A DNA stretch of 64,000 nucleotides, from IMG/VR virus record IMGVR_UViG_3300009873_000007, positions 1 through 64,000 of that record, one strand, 5' to 3'. Shown here piece after piece: positions 35,731 through 46,603 of this stretch; the stretch's first letter is position 1; each line of letters starts with the position of its first letter. The notes beneath the pieces were generated by a model. It saw nothing but the letters and a program-made list of their open reading frames with translations. It did not search any database and was not told where the DNA came from. Made by a program: the position numbers and the translations under genes. The DNA comes from a virus. Taxonomy: Duplodnaviria > Caudoviricetes.

Positions 35731-36747
35731 ATGTCCGTTAATTCACTAGATGCCAGTATTAGCGTTGGCGTGCAATCCGCCAAAGGAACTGCCGCCACTG
35801 CGTATAAAACCGCACTGGCAACCACGAGCGGTGTCAACGCACGATTTGATGAGCGTCCTACGTTGTTGGAGCATCCTGGGTCGGGTAGCTCTGTGCCGTG
35901 GGAACTCAAAGCGGTCGCTGAACGCACCGGTTATCTCGTGCCGGTAAATGCCACATTCCTATTGCGCCCTCGATTTATCGGGCCAGTGTTGCGGGGTGTT
36001 ATGGGCGTGAGCAGCGTCAACAATACGACGCACTACACCCACACGTTTACTCCTGCGACCAACGCCAACCTTGCATGGTTGACCGTCCTGCATAAATTCG
36101 TTGGTGACAGCGATTTCGAGCGGAAGATCACCGATGTTCGACTGACGCAACTCAACATCGATGCAACACTGGAACAAGTGCAATGCCAAATGCAGGGGAT
36201 GGGGCTAACAGAAGGGATTGCTGCCGGTACAGAAACCAAAGTTGCGGAAATCGGTACGGAGATTTCGCCCTACAGCGGCTCTGTCACTTGGACAATTGCC
36301 GGGGATGCGCCTACCTCCACAATCCGTGGTGCGCAGGTTCAGATCACCCAAACGCTTGACGAGAATGATCGTGTGCTGTTCTCGCAGACTCGTGCCAACC
36401 TGCCACGCCAGCGGATTGCCGTAACTGGCACGGTGCGAGGTGTGGATATTGACGCTGATACGTATGAAGCGTACAAACTGACCAAATACGGTTCTGCCGC
36501 TGGTACTGCTCCCACACTGACTGCTCCTACCGGCCCACTCACCCTCACTTTTCAATCGCTGTCTAACATTAGCGGCGCTGCGGTTCCGTTCCGGCTGACG
36601 ATGGCTTTCGCCAAAGTGCAATGGGACTTAGAGTCACCCAACGCCAACAATGATGATACCGTGAGGGCTGATATTACCTGGCGGCTAGTCGGTGATTCGA
36701 GTCCTGCCATGACATTTACGGTTGTTTCCGATCAGGCGACACCATAG
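35731..36747 (+). CDS. major tail tube protein
   Basis: 338 aa, T/A/S-rich, YTHTFTP; GGAGG SD; followed by chaperones. Confidence 0.8.
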   Translation: MSVNSLDASISVGVQSAKGTAATAYKTALATTSGVNARFDERPTLLEHPGSGSSVPWELKAVAERTGYLVPVNATFLLRPRFIGPVLRGVMGVSSVNNTTHYTHTFTPATNANLAWLTVLHKFVGDSDFERKITDVRLTQLNIDATLEQVQCQMQGMGLTEGIAAGTETKVAEIGTEISPYSGSVTWTIAGDAPTSTIRGAQVQITQTLDENDRVLFSQTRANLPRQRIAVTGTVRGVDIDADTYEAYKLTKYGSAAGTAPTLTAPTGPLTLTFQSLSNISGAAVPFRLTMAFAKVQWDLESPNANNDDTVRADITWRLVGDSSPAMTFTVVSDQATP

Positions 36748-36762
36748 GAATCTTAACAATCT

Positions 36763-37275
36763 ATGCCACGAGCTACTAAGGCGACTACGCCCAAAGCTAA
36801 CATCGAATCCACTCCCTTGATGGACTGGGAGCAATTCGCACAGATTGATTGCCGCACGCCGGACGGCCAGCAGGCTCGCATCTATGCAGGCGAGTGCCAG
36901 GTGCTAGACCAGGGTCGCTACAACAAATATATCAACGAGGCTGCCGATTATCTACGTCAAAAGTACGGCGAATCGGTTGACGATATGGAGATTTGGAGCG
37001 ACCGATTTAACGAGAATGTGGCGCTGCGCAACCGGGCGGCGATGCTGGCGACGTTCCGCAAATTCGAGGTGATGAACGGCGACGGTGCATACCACGAAGC
37101 GCCATTACCGAGGGAATGGGTAGAGATTGAATCCTTTTTCAAGATGAACGGCAAACTGTACCGGGAATGGTCGCAGAATGCCGTGATGCTCAATCCCGAT
37201 CTTTTTGGCGTCAATCTGGATGATGACCAAAAAAAAGGATTAAGCGTCTCAACGACTTGGTTAACTCGTATGTAG
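36763..37275 (+). CDS. tail assembly chaperone (G-like)
   Basis: After tail tube; CAAAAAAAAG slippery site near the 3' end. Confidence 0.8.
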   Translation: MPRATKATTPKANIESTPLMDWEQFAQIDCRTPDGQQARIYAGECQVLDQGRYNKYINEAADYLRQKYGESVDDMEIWSDRFNENVALRNRAAMLATFRKFEVMNGDGAYHEAPLPREWVEIESFFKMNGKLYREWSQNAVMLNPDLFGVNLDDDQKKGLSVSTTWLTRM

Positions 37276-37574
37276 TGCGGGTTGTGGACGCTGACGAGGA
37301 GCGGGAAAAGCGGCGCAAGGATGAGGCCGACAAAAAGTTACTTGCGCCAGAAGTGCGCCACAAACGCAATGAGGAACGCAAAAAGCGCCACGAGGCAGAA
37401 TCATTGATAGACGAAGCAAACCTGAGAATCTATCAAATCTGGCGTTTTTTTGGTGGTCGTGAGCGGGGTATCAGTCCTGTAGAAGCTAGGGATATGCCTG
37501 CAGACTTGTGCCATGATTTTATGTTGATTGAATCTCGATTGTTTGATGAAGAAGAAAGACGGAAGGGTAGATAG
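37230..37574 (+). CDS. -1 frameshift extension (GT-like chaperone)
   Basis: -1 frame is open from A AAA AAA (37230-37236) to 37574. Confidence 0.75.
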   Translation, partial: KKRIKRLNDLVNSYVVRVVDADEEREKRRKDEADKKLLAPEVRHKRNEERKKRHEAESLIDEANLRIYQIWRFFGGRERGISPVEARDMPADLCHDFMLIESRLFDEEERRKGR

Positions 37575-40500
37575 GTGACAACTTATTGGATTGCCCCTCC
37601 GACGCACGCTACCACCCCCGGCAATGATTCTACCGGCAACGGCAGCAACGCTACCCCGTGGGCGACCTTTGCCAAAGCCATCACGGTGCTAGTCGCTGGT
37701 GACACGCTCAAGGTCAAAGCCGGCACATACACCCCTGCCGCCAAAGTTGAATTTAAGATCAACGGCACATCCTCCGGTAATCCTGTGGTTGTGGAAGCCG
37801 ACGATCCCACCAACAAGCCGACTGTTGATGGTCAATACAACATTCCGCCAGATGACGACCCAGAGGCCGGCTATACCTCCACAAACGGGACTCGCGGTTT
37901 GTTTGGCGGCTTAATCACCATTCGCACCTCCTATTTCACCTGGCGCAATATCAATGTCAAGCGGTCGCAAGGTCGTGGATTCAATGTGTACGGCTCTCCA
38001 TCCTCGCGCATCACAAATATCGTGATAGAAGATTGTGAAATACAGAAAAGCCGTACAAATAATGTTGCGATTCAGGATGCAAACTATGTAACCGTTCGCC
38101 GCAACCACTCGCATCACTCGTGCGATTATCTCGAAGGTTTGACCAATTCCATTAGTCCCGACGACAAATGGTGTGCCTCCATCAAAGGCATCAAGATGGG
38201 CAATATCACCTTCGAGTATAACCATGTCCACACGGGCTGGGGCGAAGGGATGATCTTCGGGCCAGGGAGTGAGAATTGCACAAGCCGCTACAATCTCATT
38301 TACAACACGGCAAGCGGCAAAATGTATGTGCAACGTGGAACCGGCCATCGCATTTATGGCAACCTTATTTATGACACTCGTGATAACGAGGTACACAAAG
38401 GTGCATCCGGTTCTACCGGCATGTCGGTGCGTAACGAGGCTGGCAGCGAAGGCACACCGATTGATGATGTGTGGTTCTACAATAACATCAGCATCGGCAA
38501 CAGTTACAATTTTACGCTAGGTGGATCGCAGGGCGGCTCAGAGGAAGCTGTAACTGGCGTCAAAGTATGGCATAACATTTTTGTCAATGCCATATTGCCG
38601 GGAACACGTCCGTTTGCTGCACTATCTATCACAGGCAATACCTACATTGTCGATTGTGAATTTGTCAATAACATCATCTGGCAGCCAGATCACGAGTATT
38701 GCAATCGCAACAGTCTACCGAATAATCCAGATGGTACGCCAGCGGATTTAGATTTTCGTGACAATGCCTGGGATAGTGCTAGTGGTGATGTCCCTGCGTG
38801 GTTGCGAGACGGCAATGATGATTACAGCATTAGCTTGTTTGCACCAAATACCGCATTGACGCCAGGCACGACAGCTTACAATAACTATCGACCAACGACT
38901 GATTATATCGGTGAAACAATAGCCGGTGTCACCACGGATTTCCTGGGTGAGCTACGAGCGACGTATTTCAAGGGCGGGCTGCCGAGTGGTAACAATGTCA
39001 CACCACCGCCAGCCTCTACCGGTCTAGTACGTGCCGGCGTGACCTACAATACGGTAGGTCAAGCGACCGGCACAGTTGATCACACCGATTCGACTGGTAT
39101 GGCAGGCGAGACGCCATCGGCGGCGCTAGTGTTTGCTTCGCATGCTACAAGCGCCGGTAGTGTGGCGCAATTCGCTCGTCTGTCTGTGGGTGTCTATGCG
39201 ACCGGTCAGGCTGTGGGTACAATCCGGCTTCGTGATGCTGTAGGGACAGCCGCTAACCACACGTCGGGCTCTACATCAGCACTCGTGCAACTTCGCCACA
39301 ACAGCACGACGGCGGTTGACCACCAGCAAGAAGCTGATGCTTTTATTGCCAACGGTCTACGCACCACACGAACCGTACTGCCATCAATGGATGCTGGTAC
39401 GATTACGGCATTGTTTGGCGGTACTGCGTTCCGTGCGCAATCCGGTACGGTGACTTGCTCAAGCAGTAATGGCGGCACTGCTACGATCTCACTGCCGTGG
39501 ACGCCATCAATATTGTTTTTGTTCTGTACGAATACCGACTTCGCCGGTACTAACTCTAGTGGCGGCGCTATGATGTCGCATGGTGTGGCGACGGGAACAG
39601 GTGCACAGTTCGCATTGTCGTTCTACGCATCCACAGCTATCAATAGTGAGGCGACGGCATATTTAACCAATGCCAGCATCGGGTATAACGCAGCAAATTC
39701 ACAAACTCATACGATCACGACCTGGGGTGCAAGCACTGTTCTCACCACTGGCGGCACAACCGGCACACGCATCTATGAGTATTTGGCGTTGGAAGTGACG
39801 GGCGCTGCGGTCTATGCGGGAACATTCAGCAGCCGTACAACCACAGGCAGTCAGACACTATCCGGGCCAAACTTTGAACCTGCCATCTGCGGCACATTTA
39901 TGTCGCTTGTGGATGCGTTGAACACGAGCAAAACTGATGCGCAGGCCGGTGCAATGGCGGTCAGTGTGTTTACCGCCGATGCCGAGGAATCAATCGCCTT
40001 TAGCTATCAGGATAACGTTGCCACGACCAACAGCGGCACGGTGTACGATGCCAAAGCCATCAATATCATGCAGCATGATCAGAGTGCGGGCATCACAGCC
40101 ACATTAACGAGCATGGGCGGCACTGGCCCAGTGCTGGATTACACTGCGGTGCTCGGTTCCGCCCGCTATGGCATCCTGTGGGCCATTGAGGCGCAGAATG
40201 TAACGAGTATCGTTAAGCTCGTGCCAGAGGTGTTGAGGTTGATTGACAACACTAGCCGCCGCATGGCGATGTGGAGGTTGAAAACCGAAACACTCAATCT
40301 TGTCGAGTCTGTGCGCAACGTGCGAGGGTTAAGCCGGGTTGCCAGTGAGGTATTGAATCTCGTGGAATCCGTTAGCTATCTGTATGGTGCGGTAAAAGTC
40401 ATCAGCGAGGTATTGAATCTCGTTGAAGGTGTGATTCCGCATCGCAAATTGCGCCAGGTGATTATCGAGATTCTCAATTTTCACGAAACGGTACTTCCAC

Positions 40501-40823
40501 GCCGGGGATTCGCACGAATTATCAATGAGACGCTGAATCTCGTAGAGGGCAATATCGGCAAGAAACTATTGCTGATGATCATCAATGAGGTGCTAGACCT
40601 GGCAGAGTCAATTGTTCCGGCTCGTGCAATTCGACGTGTAATCAACGAGGGTCTTTTGCTTGATGAATCCATCCGGCGCATCCGTGGATTAAAAGAGATC
40701 ATCAGCGAAACGCTGAATCTGTCTGAAATCACCGACAAGATCAAGAACTTTACCGTGATTCGCAGCATCATTCGCATCGCCGGCAACGTGACACGGCGCA
40801 TCCGGCTAGGGGGCCGCCTATGA
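37575..40823 (+). CDS. right-handed beta-helix (pectin-lyase-like) protein with C-terminal basic 20-aa repeats
   Basis: GNDSTGNGS..TPWAT..KA start, Asn-ladder repeats (N.T.RYNLIYN), nine E[TV]LNLVES[VI] repeats. Confidence 0.82.
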   Translation: MTTYWIAPPTHATTPGNDSTGNGSNATPWATFAKAITVLVAGDTLKVKAGTYTPAAKVEFKINGTSSGNPVVVEADDPTNKPTVDGQYNIPPDDDPEAGYTSTNGTRGLFGGLITIRTSYFTWRNINVKRSQGRGFNVYGSPSSRITNIVIEDCEIQKSRTNNVAIQDANYVTVRRNHSHHSCDYLEGLTNSISPDDKWCASIKGIKMGNITFEYNHVHTGWGEGMIFGPGSENCTSRYNLIYNTASGKMYVQRGTGHRIYGNLIYDTRDNEVHKGASGSTGMSVRNEAGSEGTPIDDVWFYNNISIGNSYNFTLGGSQGGSEEAVTGVKVWHNIFVNAILPGTRPFAALSITGNTYIVDCEFVNNIIWQPDHEYCNRNSLPNNPDGTPADLDFRDNAWDSASGDVPAWLRDGNDDYSISLFAPNTALTPGTTAYNNYRPTTDYIGETIAGVTTDFLGELRATYFKGGLPSGNNVTPPPASTGLVRAGVTYNTVGQATGTVDHTDSTGMAGETPSAALVFASHATSAGSVAQFARLSVGVYATGQAVGTIRLRDAVGTAANHTSGSTSALVQLRHNSTTAVDHQQEADAFIANGLRTTRTVLPSMDAGTITALFGGTAFRAQSGTVTCSSSNGGTATISLPWTPSILFLFCTNTDFAGTNSSGGAMMSHGVATGTGAQFALSFYASTAINSEATAYLTNASIGYNAANSQTHTITTWGASTVLTTGGTTGTRIYEYLALEVTGAAVYAGTFSSRTTTGSQTLSGPNFEPAICGTFMSLVDALNTSKTDAQAGAMAVSVFTADAEESIAFSYQDNVATTNSGTVYDAKAINIMQHDQSAGITATLTSMGGTGPVLDYTAVLGSARYGILWAIEAQNVTSIVKLVPEVLRLIDNTSRRMAMWRLKTETLNLVESVRNVRGLSRVASEVLNLVESVSYLYGAVKVISEVLNLVEGVIPHRKLRQVIIEILNFHETVLPRRGFARIINETLNLVEGNIGKKLLLMIINEVLDLAESIVPARAIRRVINEGLLLDESIRRIRGLKEIISETLNLSEITDKIKNFTVIRSIIRIAGNVTRRIRLGGRL

Positions 40824-41443
40824 CGGCAACTGCACAGAATTTTGCATTTTACCAGGGTGAGACGAAAACGTTGGAGGTGCTTGTCACCGATGGCGATAAT
40901 GAGAATGCGCCGTTTTCACTGACCAACGTAATCGAAATCGACTGGGGTGCATGGGTTGACATCAACACTCGCATCCTCACCAAAAAATTGACGCTAGGCG
41001 CACCGGATAATATTGTTCGGTTTAGTTCTGCCGGTACAGATGATGCGCTGCGAATGAATTTCACCGTTACCGATACGCAAATCCTGAACGGTGATTACTA
41101 CCACGAATGTCGCATTATCGATAGTAGCGGTAATCAAGACGTAATTTTCATCGGCACAATGACGATTGGTGACAGTCGCACGGTGCAACCATCGATGCTC
41201 GGTTCGGAGACTATCACGGTTACGGAAGCGGTAACAGTATCGGTGCAAGCGACCTCCACACCGTCTATCAGCGTGAGTGATAGCGTAACAGTGACGGAAG
41301 CGGTAACGCTGATGATTGAATCATACATCGTTGTAAGCGATGGCGTGAGCGTGGCCGAGTTGATTGAGTTGATCCTGGTGTCACTGGCGAATGTGAGTGA
41401 GTCGATTACGTTGGCCGAGGAAGTGACGGTGGCGATTGAGTAA
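40820..41443 (+). CDS. BppU-like domain plus four acidic 20-aa repeats
   Basis: QGETKTLEV, YYHECRIID..G; DSVTVTEAV repeats. Confidence 0.7.
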   Translation: MTATAQNFAFYQGETKTLEVLVTDGDNENAPFSLTNVIEIDWGAWVDINTRILTKKLTLGAPDNIVRFSSAGTDDALRMNFTVTDTQILNGDYYHECRIIDSSGNQDVIFIGTMTIGDSRTVQPSMLGSETITVTEAVTVSVQATSTPSISVSDSVTVTEAVTLMIESYIVVSDGVSVAELIELILVSLANVSESITLAEEVTVAIE

Positions 41444-41580
41444 ATTGTTTAGAACACTGACAGGATTGCTGCTGTACTGGTGCGATCCCGTCTTTCGCAA
41501 AATGGTAGACAACAAACGAAAAAACGTTGAAACGATTCAGCGTGGCGAGAGTGTATTAGCAGTCAAGAGGAGCAACGGCA

Positions 41581-42213
41581 ATGTTTCTAAAATTGAAATC
41601 GGCGGCGCTTGAACACTACCGGCGCACTTATCCACAATACTGGCTGGATTGTCTGGTTGACCGGATTATGAAGGATGTACGCAATCAGCGTGCGAAATTT
41701 GACGGTGTGCGATTGACATTCGGCCAGGTGTTGGCGGTCAAACGCCATGCGTATCTCGATTTGGAGTTGGTGATTCCCGGCCTAAACATCGTCACCAACA
41801 ATGGCGATCTGTACTATGCTCAGATGGCCGCTGGCGAGTCGCCTGCATCCACAATCGACTACGATGGTAGTAATGGTGGCTTGCGCCTCGGTAGCGGATC
41901 AACATCACCGACTAAGACGAGCAACGATGTGACAACGTTTCTTGCTGGTACAGGTCATGCGTTGGATGCGACCTACGAGAAAACCAACGATGGTGATAGC
42001 GATAATACCGGCGCTGCTACCGATACGGTGACGTGGCGATACTCATACACCACATCGGAAGGCAATGTCAGCGGCATCAATGAGGGAGCGATTGTCGATA
42101 ATCGCACTACGCCAAACACGGCATTGACGCATTTTCTCTTTGCTGCAACATTCCAGAAAACGAGTTCAGACACCCTGAAGTGCTTCGCCAATCATAATTA
42201 TTTGGGAGTCTAG
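41581..42213 (+). CDS. tail-collar-fibre-like (DUF3751-like) adaptor
   Basis: NIVTNNG...LRLGSGSTSP...D...EGAI; similar to 22433..22945. Confidence 0.6.
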   Translation: MFLKLKSAALEHYRRTYPQYWLDCLVDRIMKDVRNQRAKFDGVRLTFGQVLAVKRHAYLDLELVIPGLNIVTNNGDLYYAQMAAGESPASTIDYDGSNGGLRLGSGSTSPTKTSNDVTTFLAGTGHALDATYEKTNDGDSDNTGAATDTVTWRYSYTTSEGNVSGINEGAIVDNRTTPNTALTHFLFAATFQKTSSDTLKCFANHNYLGV

Positions 42214-42278
42214 TCTTATTGCATAAATAAAAAATTATGCAATATAAATTGTAAGAGGATTGTGACACAACCGCAACC

Positions 42279-42770
42279 ATGAATCTCACCATCACCGGCC
42301 CAACCGATCCATTCGCCGCCCTGCGTCAGTTCTTTGCGAGGCTCGAACGTCCCGGCAATGGTGAGATTCGCCAGGTTGCTACTGCTATAGCGCAGGGTCA
42401 TCAGGCGAATTTTAGCGGTGAGCGTAGCGGCAGCGGCGAAGCATGGGCAGAACTGTCACGAGTAACGGTGCTGGAGCGTGTGCAACAAGGCTACCCCGGC
42501 GCACATCCGATCCTGAGACGGTCGGGGCGTCTACGTGATAGCCTTGTCAATCCTGCGCATCCTGACCACTACCAGGCGATGAATCGTGCCGCCGATGGAT
42601 GGTCGCTAGAGGTTGGAACGAATGTTGATTATGCGTTGGAACTAGAGATCGGTGAAGGTCGAATGCCAGCTAGACCGTTTACCGGCCTGTCTGACGATGC
42701 GGAAAATCGAATTGTGACCGTACTGGAACACGTTATCGACCAGGCGAGACAACGTTATTTGAGGAAATAG
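42279..42770 (+). CDS. phage virion morphogenesis protein (Mu gpG-like)
   Basis: W..LS..T..R...ILRRSGRLRDSL...VGTNVDYA..LE.G...MPARPFTG. Confidence 0.85.
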   Translation: MNLTITGPTDPFAALRQFFARLERPGNGEIRQVATAIAQGHQANFSGERSGSGEAWAELSRVTVLERVQQGYPGAHPILRRSGRLRDSLVNPAHPDHYQAMNRAADGWSLEVGTNVDYALELEIGEGRMPARPFTGLSDDAENRIVTVLEHVIDQARQRYLRK

Positions 42771-45700
42771 TGCCAGATCAAAGACTCCTTTACACCGTTG
42801 CGCTGAGTGTGGGTAACGCTCAGGCTGAACTAAATAAACTGACACAGATTGTGCAACGCACCAATGCGCAACTCGCCAATCAGCCAGCGGCTCGTGCAAT
42901 AGCGACGGGTGCGATTGAGGCTGAACGACGACTAACGGCTACTACCAGAGCAGAAGCACAATCACGGATAGCAGCAGCACGGGCAGAGGCGAACGAACGG
43001 ACACAACAAGCACGGGCGGCGGCAGAAGGTGTCATCCAACAAGAGCGCAGAATCACACAACAGGCGGTAGCCGAAGCACGTCAGCGAGCGCAGGCGCAAC
43101 GAGCGCCAACAGTGGCGTCCACACCACCACCAGGGGGTACGGGTGGTGGGCTAGGGCTTGGTGGCGCTGTGCTTGGTGGTTTAGCTGGCTATGCGACCAT
43201 TCAGGGCGTACAAGAGATTGGCCGGCAAGCGATTGCTCTATCCGAGCTTGGCACACAGGCTAATCGTGCTGAGGCTGGATTTCGTATTCTATCTGGCGGT
43301 GCTACTGAAGCCGCCAGGCGCATCCGTGCTATCCAAGAGGCGGCAGGCGGTACAATTGATTCACTGACCGCAATGCAGGTTGGCAATCAGGCCATTGCAC
43401 TGGGACTCGCTAAAACAACATCTGAATTTGGCAAGCTGACCACAGCGGCCAGAGCCGTGGCGCTTGTATCGCCAATCATCCACGATGTACAAGGCGCAAT
43501 GGCCGAACTTGGTTTGGCGGCTGCAAACCTATCATTTCGGCGCTTGGATCAGCTAGGGTTATCGGTTGGCGAAGTCAAAGATCGCATGGCCGAATTGCAA
43601 GCCGAAAATGCCAACCTGGATGATTCGCAGGCGTTTTTGGCGGCCAGCGTTGACATTTTAAATACCAAATATGGCGCTCTATTGCAGAGCACCGAAGCGC
43701 AAGCGTCTGGTTTTGAACGACTGAAAGTTGCCATCCAAGAGGCGAGATTGGCGCTGGCTGAAGGGCCTGTTGGTGGTGGCATTGATGCGCTGTTGGGCGG
43801 CCTTGTGCCAACCGTGGAAGCTATCGGCGGCACACCAGGCGAAGCGGTCGTCAACTGGAAACTATTGCTTGGTATTAGCGACCTGGAAGATAACATTGAA
43901 CGCATCAAGACGTTGATTGACCCGAAAGGGTTATCGTCTGTACTTGAACAAGGGCTACGTTTTGCTACCGGCAACCAGGTAAATCAGCAACAATTGCTAG
44001 AGGTGGTGAATGTCACTGAGCAGTACAACGCTGCTATTGAACGTGGTGTGCCAGGGTTGGAGGGTTATCGGGTAGCACTAGCAGCTATCGCAGAACAGGC
44101 ATCACGCACTGGTAGCCTGACCGCCGAAAATCAGGTTGCGCTCGATGCGCTTTCTCTTTCCATCTCTCAGGCAGAATCCGCTTACAACAGACTAAATAGT
44201 GCTAATGTTGATGTCAACCTTGAAGCCTTCGAGGGACTAGACGATCTTTCCAAGCGCATCACTGACGCTTTTACCGCCGCCGATGCCGCTGTACGTGCCG
44301 GCATTCCTGGCGCTGAGGAGTACCGTAGTGCAATTTCGCAACTAGCCGCCGATATTGCCAGCGGTACAGGCACAATGGAGGAGCAATCAGCGGCGCTAGG
44401 TGAGTTAGAAAGCTGGCTCACATTTGCCGGTGATGCGTCTAATCTCCTCACACAAGCGCAAGGCGGCACGGCTAACGCATCTGGCATCATGGGATCATCG
44501 GCGTTGGATGCTGCACAACTCATCTCAATGCTTGGTGATGAGTCGCTGACCTCTGCGGAAAAGGTCAACATCCTGCGGGCGGCGCTGGCTGGCGTTTCTG
44601 CGTTACAGGGACAATTCGACGCTGCACGTAGACAAGCGGATGCAGCGGTGCTCGGTGCGTCAAAATCGTTGATTGACATTGGCGGCGATCCATTTGCCTA
44701 TTTACGCCAAAATCAAATCAGCGATACGCAGATTAAACAGCTACAGGCGCAATATCCCGATCCTAAAGAGTTTCAGCTTGCACTAGCACAACAAATTGAA
44801 ATGAGTACCGCTGGCGCTGAGGCGCAAATCGAAGCCGTGCGGGAATCCGAACGAGCCATGAAACGGGCAGCATCGGAATCCGAAAAAGCATTCAAAAAGG
44901 CCGCACAAGCTGCTGAGGATGCTTGGCAGGATGCCGCCAGTTCGCTGCAACGTGGGTTGGAAACAACACCAGGACTATTTGGCTCATCAAAAGTCACACA
45001 GGAACAATTAACACTGGCCGAAGGTGGCATACCGCAGAACTTTGCCGATAATTTTATCCGTCGCCTTGAAGCCGAGATCAACGAAAAGAAAGATTTATTC
45101 CCCGATGTCTCACTCGACAAAGCACGAGAGGCGCTATCTCGTGTGGGTATCATCCCTGGCGAAACTGTGGAAGCCACGCTGATCCAGTTACGCCAAGCCT
45201 GGGAGAATAGCGCATTGTTTGCGCATCCGGCGAACCTTGAGTTAATCGACCAAGCGGCGGTCAAAGAGAATTTGGCGTTGCAGGAAAAAGCCGAGCAGGG
45301 CCGCAAAAACATCTATCAATTTTTCGCCAGCACGATTGATGCAGCGTTGAAACCATTTTTACCAGGTGGTGAGGGGTTGGAGAAACCTTCAGGGTTGCCA
45401 GAGGGGTACACTGTGGATGCTGATGGTAATGTGACAGCACCGCAGGGCGCATGGGCAGGCATCGATCAGGATAAATTAGAGCAGATTCAGCAATTGCCGA
45501 ACAAGATCATCGAAACAGCACTGACGCAGGTTGACCAAGCACTAGCCGGTACAGGTGGCATTGGCGGCGCTGGTGGTCTAACTGGTGGCCTAGCCGCTGG
45601 TGTGGAGGGTGCGCCGCCGATCCAGGGCTTAACTGGTGGCGTGCTAACCATCTCCACAATTGAAATAGCGCCGGATGCGTTGGAATCAGCACTAGCCGGT

Positions 45701-46015
45701 CTATCTGGCGGCATCAATGAAGAAAATCAAGCCATGTTGGAAGGTATCGGGGACGGGATGGCACAGTTTATCGATGTCGGTCTAATCGGTTACGACTTCG
45801 CACCGGCGGCCACATCGATTATCACGAATCTGCGCAGCGGGTTTGCGACCGAAGATAATCTTGACAAGCTCATTGGCATCGGTGACGGTTTTATGGAGTT
45901 CATCAGGCAAGGCATGTCAGCACGAGCGGGCCGGCCAGAGTTTGCCGAGGATTTAGTCAATATTCTCGTGTCTGCTTTTGCCGAACAATTGCAGGAGGCA
46001 TTAGCAAATGGCTGA
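42770..46015 (+). CDS. tape measure protein
   Basis: 1081 aa, Ala/Gln-rich helical. Confidence 0.85.
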   Translation: MPDQRLLYTVALSVGNAQAELNKLTQIVQRTNAQLANQPAARAIATGAIEAERRLTATTRAEAQSRIAAARAEANERTQQARAAAEGVIQQERRITQQAVAEARQRAQAQRAPTVASTPPPGGTGGGLGLGGAVLGGLAGYATIQGVQEIGRQAIALSELGTQANRAEAGFRILSGGATEAARRIRAIQEAAGGTIDSLTAMQVGNQAIALGLAKTTSEFGKLTTAARAVALVSPIIHDVQGAMAELGLAAANLSFRRLDQLGLSVGEVKDRMAELQAENANLDDSQAFLAASVDILNTKYGALLQSTEAQASGFERLKVAIQEARLALAEGPVGGGIDALLGGLVPTVEAIGGTPGEAVVNWKLLLGISDLEDNIERIKTLIDPKGLSSVLEQGLRFATGNQVNQQQLLEVVNVTEQYNAAIERGVPGLEGYRVALAAIAEQASRTGSLTAENQVALDALSLSISQAESAYNRLNSANVDVNLEAFEGLDDLSKRITDAFTAADAAVRAGIPGAEEYRSAISQLAADIASGTGTMEEQSAALGELESWLTFAGDASNLLTQAQGGTANASGIMGSSALDAAQLISMLGDESLTSAEKVNILRAALAGVSALQGQFDAARRQADAAVLGASKSLIDIGGDPFAYLRQNQISDTQIKQLQAQYPDPKEFQLALAQQIEMSTAGAEAQIEAVRESERAMKRAASESEKAFKKAAQAAEDAWQDAASSLQRGLETTPGLFGSSKVTQEQLTLAEGGIPQNFADNFIRRLEAEINEKKDLFPDVSLDKAREALSRVGIIPGETVEATLIQLRQAWENSALFAHPANLELIDQAAVKENLALQEKAEQGRKNIYQFFASTIDAALKPFLPGGEGLEKPSGLPEGYTVDADGNVTAPQGAWAGIDQDKLEQIQQLPNKIIETALTQVDQALAGTGGIGGAGGLTGGLAAGVEGAPPIQGLTGGVLTISTIEIAPDALESALAGLSGGINEENQAMLEGIGDGMAQFIDVGLIGYDFAPAATSIITNLRSGFATEDNLDKLIGIGDGFMEFIRQGMSARAGRPEFAEDLVNILVSAFAEQLQEALANG

Positions 46016-46400
46016 TCTTCCATTGCCGATGCAGATCGGAACATATACGCTCACACGAGTTGATGCGGCTGGTACGTATTTGTTGGGCGGTCGTGGTGAT
46101 TATAAATTCGAGCCATACACGTTGACCGGGCGGCGTAATGGTCGTGGGTTGCAAGTCGCTACGGGATATGCAAAAATCGTGTGGAAGTGGAGTACATTGC
46201 CGTGGATCGACTGGCAATTCCTGGCAGGCGTGCTATTGTTGGAGCAACCATCTAGGCGATTCACGTTCGCACGATTCTACAATCAATTCAACTCGCTGCA
46301 AACATTCTCTCATTGCATCGTCCACACGCCTACGTATGAGGGTCAGTATGGCGGCGACTTTCTCAACGTGGTGCTGAATATCGACAGGATCATGGTATGA
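46008..46400 (+). CDS. distal-tail-like protein
   Basis: Directly after the tape measure gene; beta-rich. Confidence 0.55.
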   Translation: MADLPLPMQIGTYTLTRVDAAGTYLLGGRGDYKFEPYTLTGRRNGRGLQVATGYAKIVWKWSTLPWIDWQFLAGVLLLEQPSRRFTFARFYNQFNSLQTFSHCIVHTPTYEGQYGGDFLNVVLNIDRIMV

Positions 46401-46603
46401 CCCTAGAAGAATCGTTTGCTTCAGTTCTCACGGGATTGATGGAACAGATAAAAGCCAGAAGGATGGCCGGCGATCCTGAACCTGTAATTTCTGAGTTTTG
46501 GGATACTTTCTTGTGGGAAGCGATGAAACCTAAATCGGAGATTGATACTAATGGCAACCAAACCACCAACACAGGCCGAACGCCTGTATATGCTGCTGGC
46601 TGA
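46397..46603 (+). CDS. hypothetical protein
   Basis: ATGA-coupled. Confidence 0.5.
   Translation: MTLEESFASVLTGLMEQIKARRMAGDPEPVISEFWDTFLWEAMKPKSEIDTNGNQTTNTGRTPVYAAG

Noticed and set aside
41505-41560. Possible fourth copy of the RNA switch (AACG-aaaaaa-CGTT-GA)
   Set aside because: The outer CGCCT/AGGCG stem and the downstream terminator are missing.
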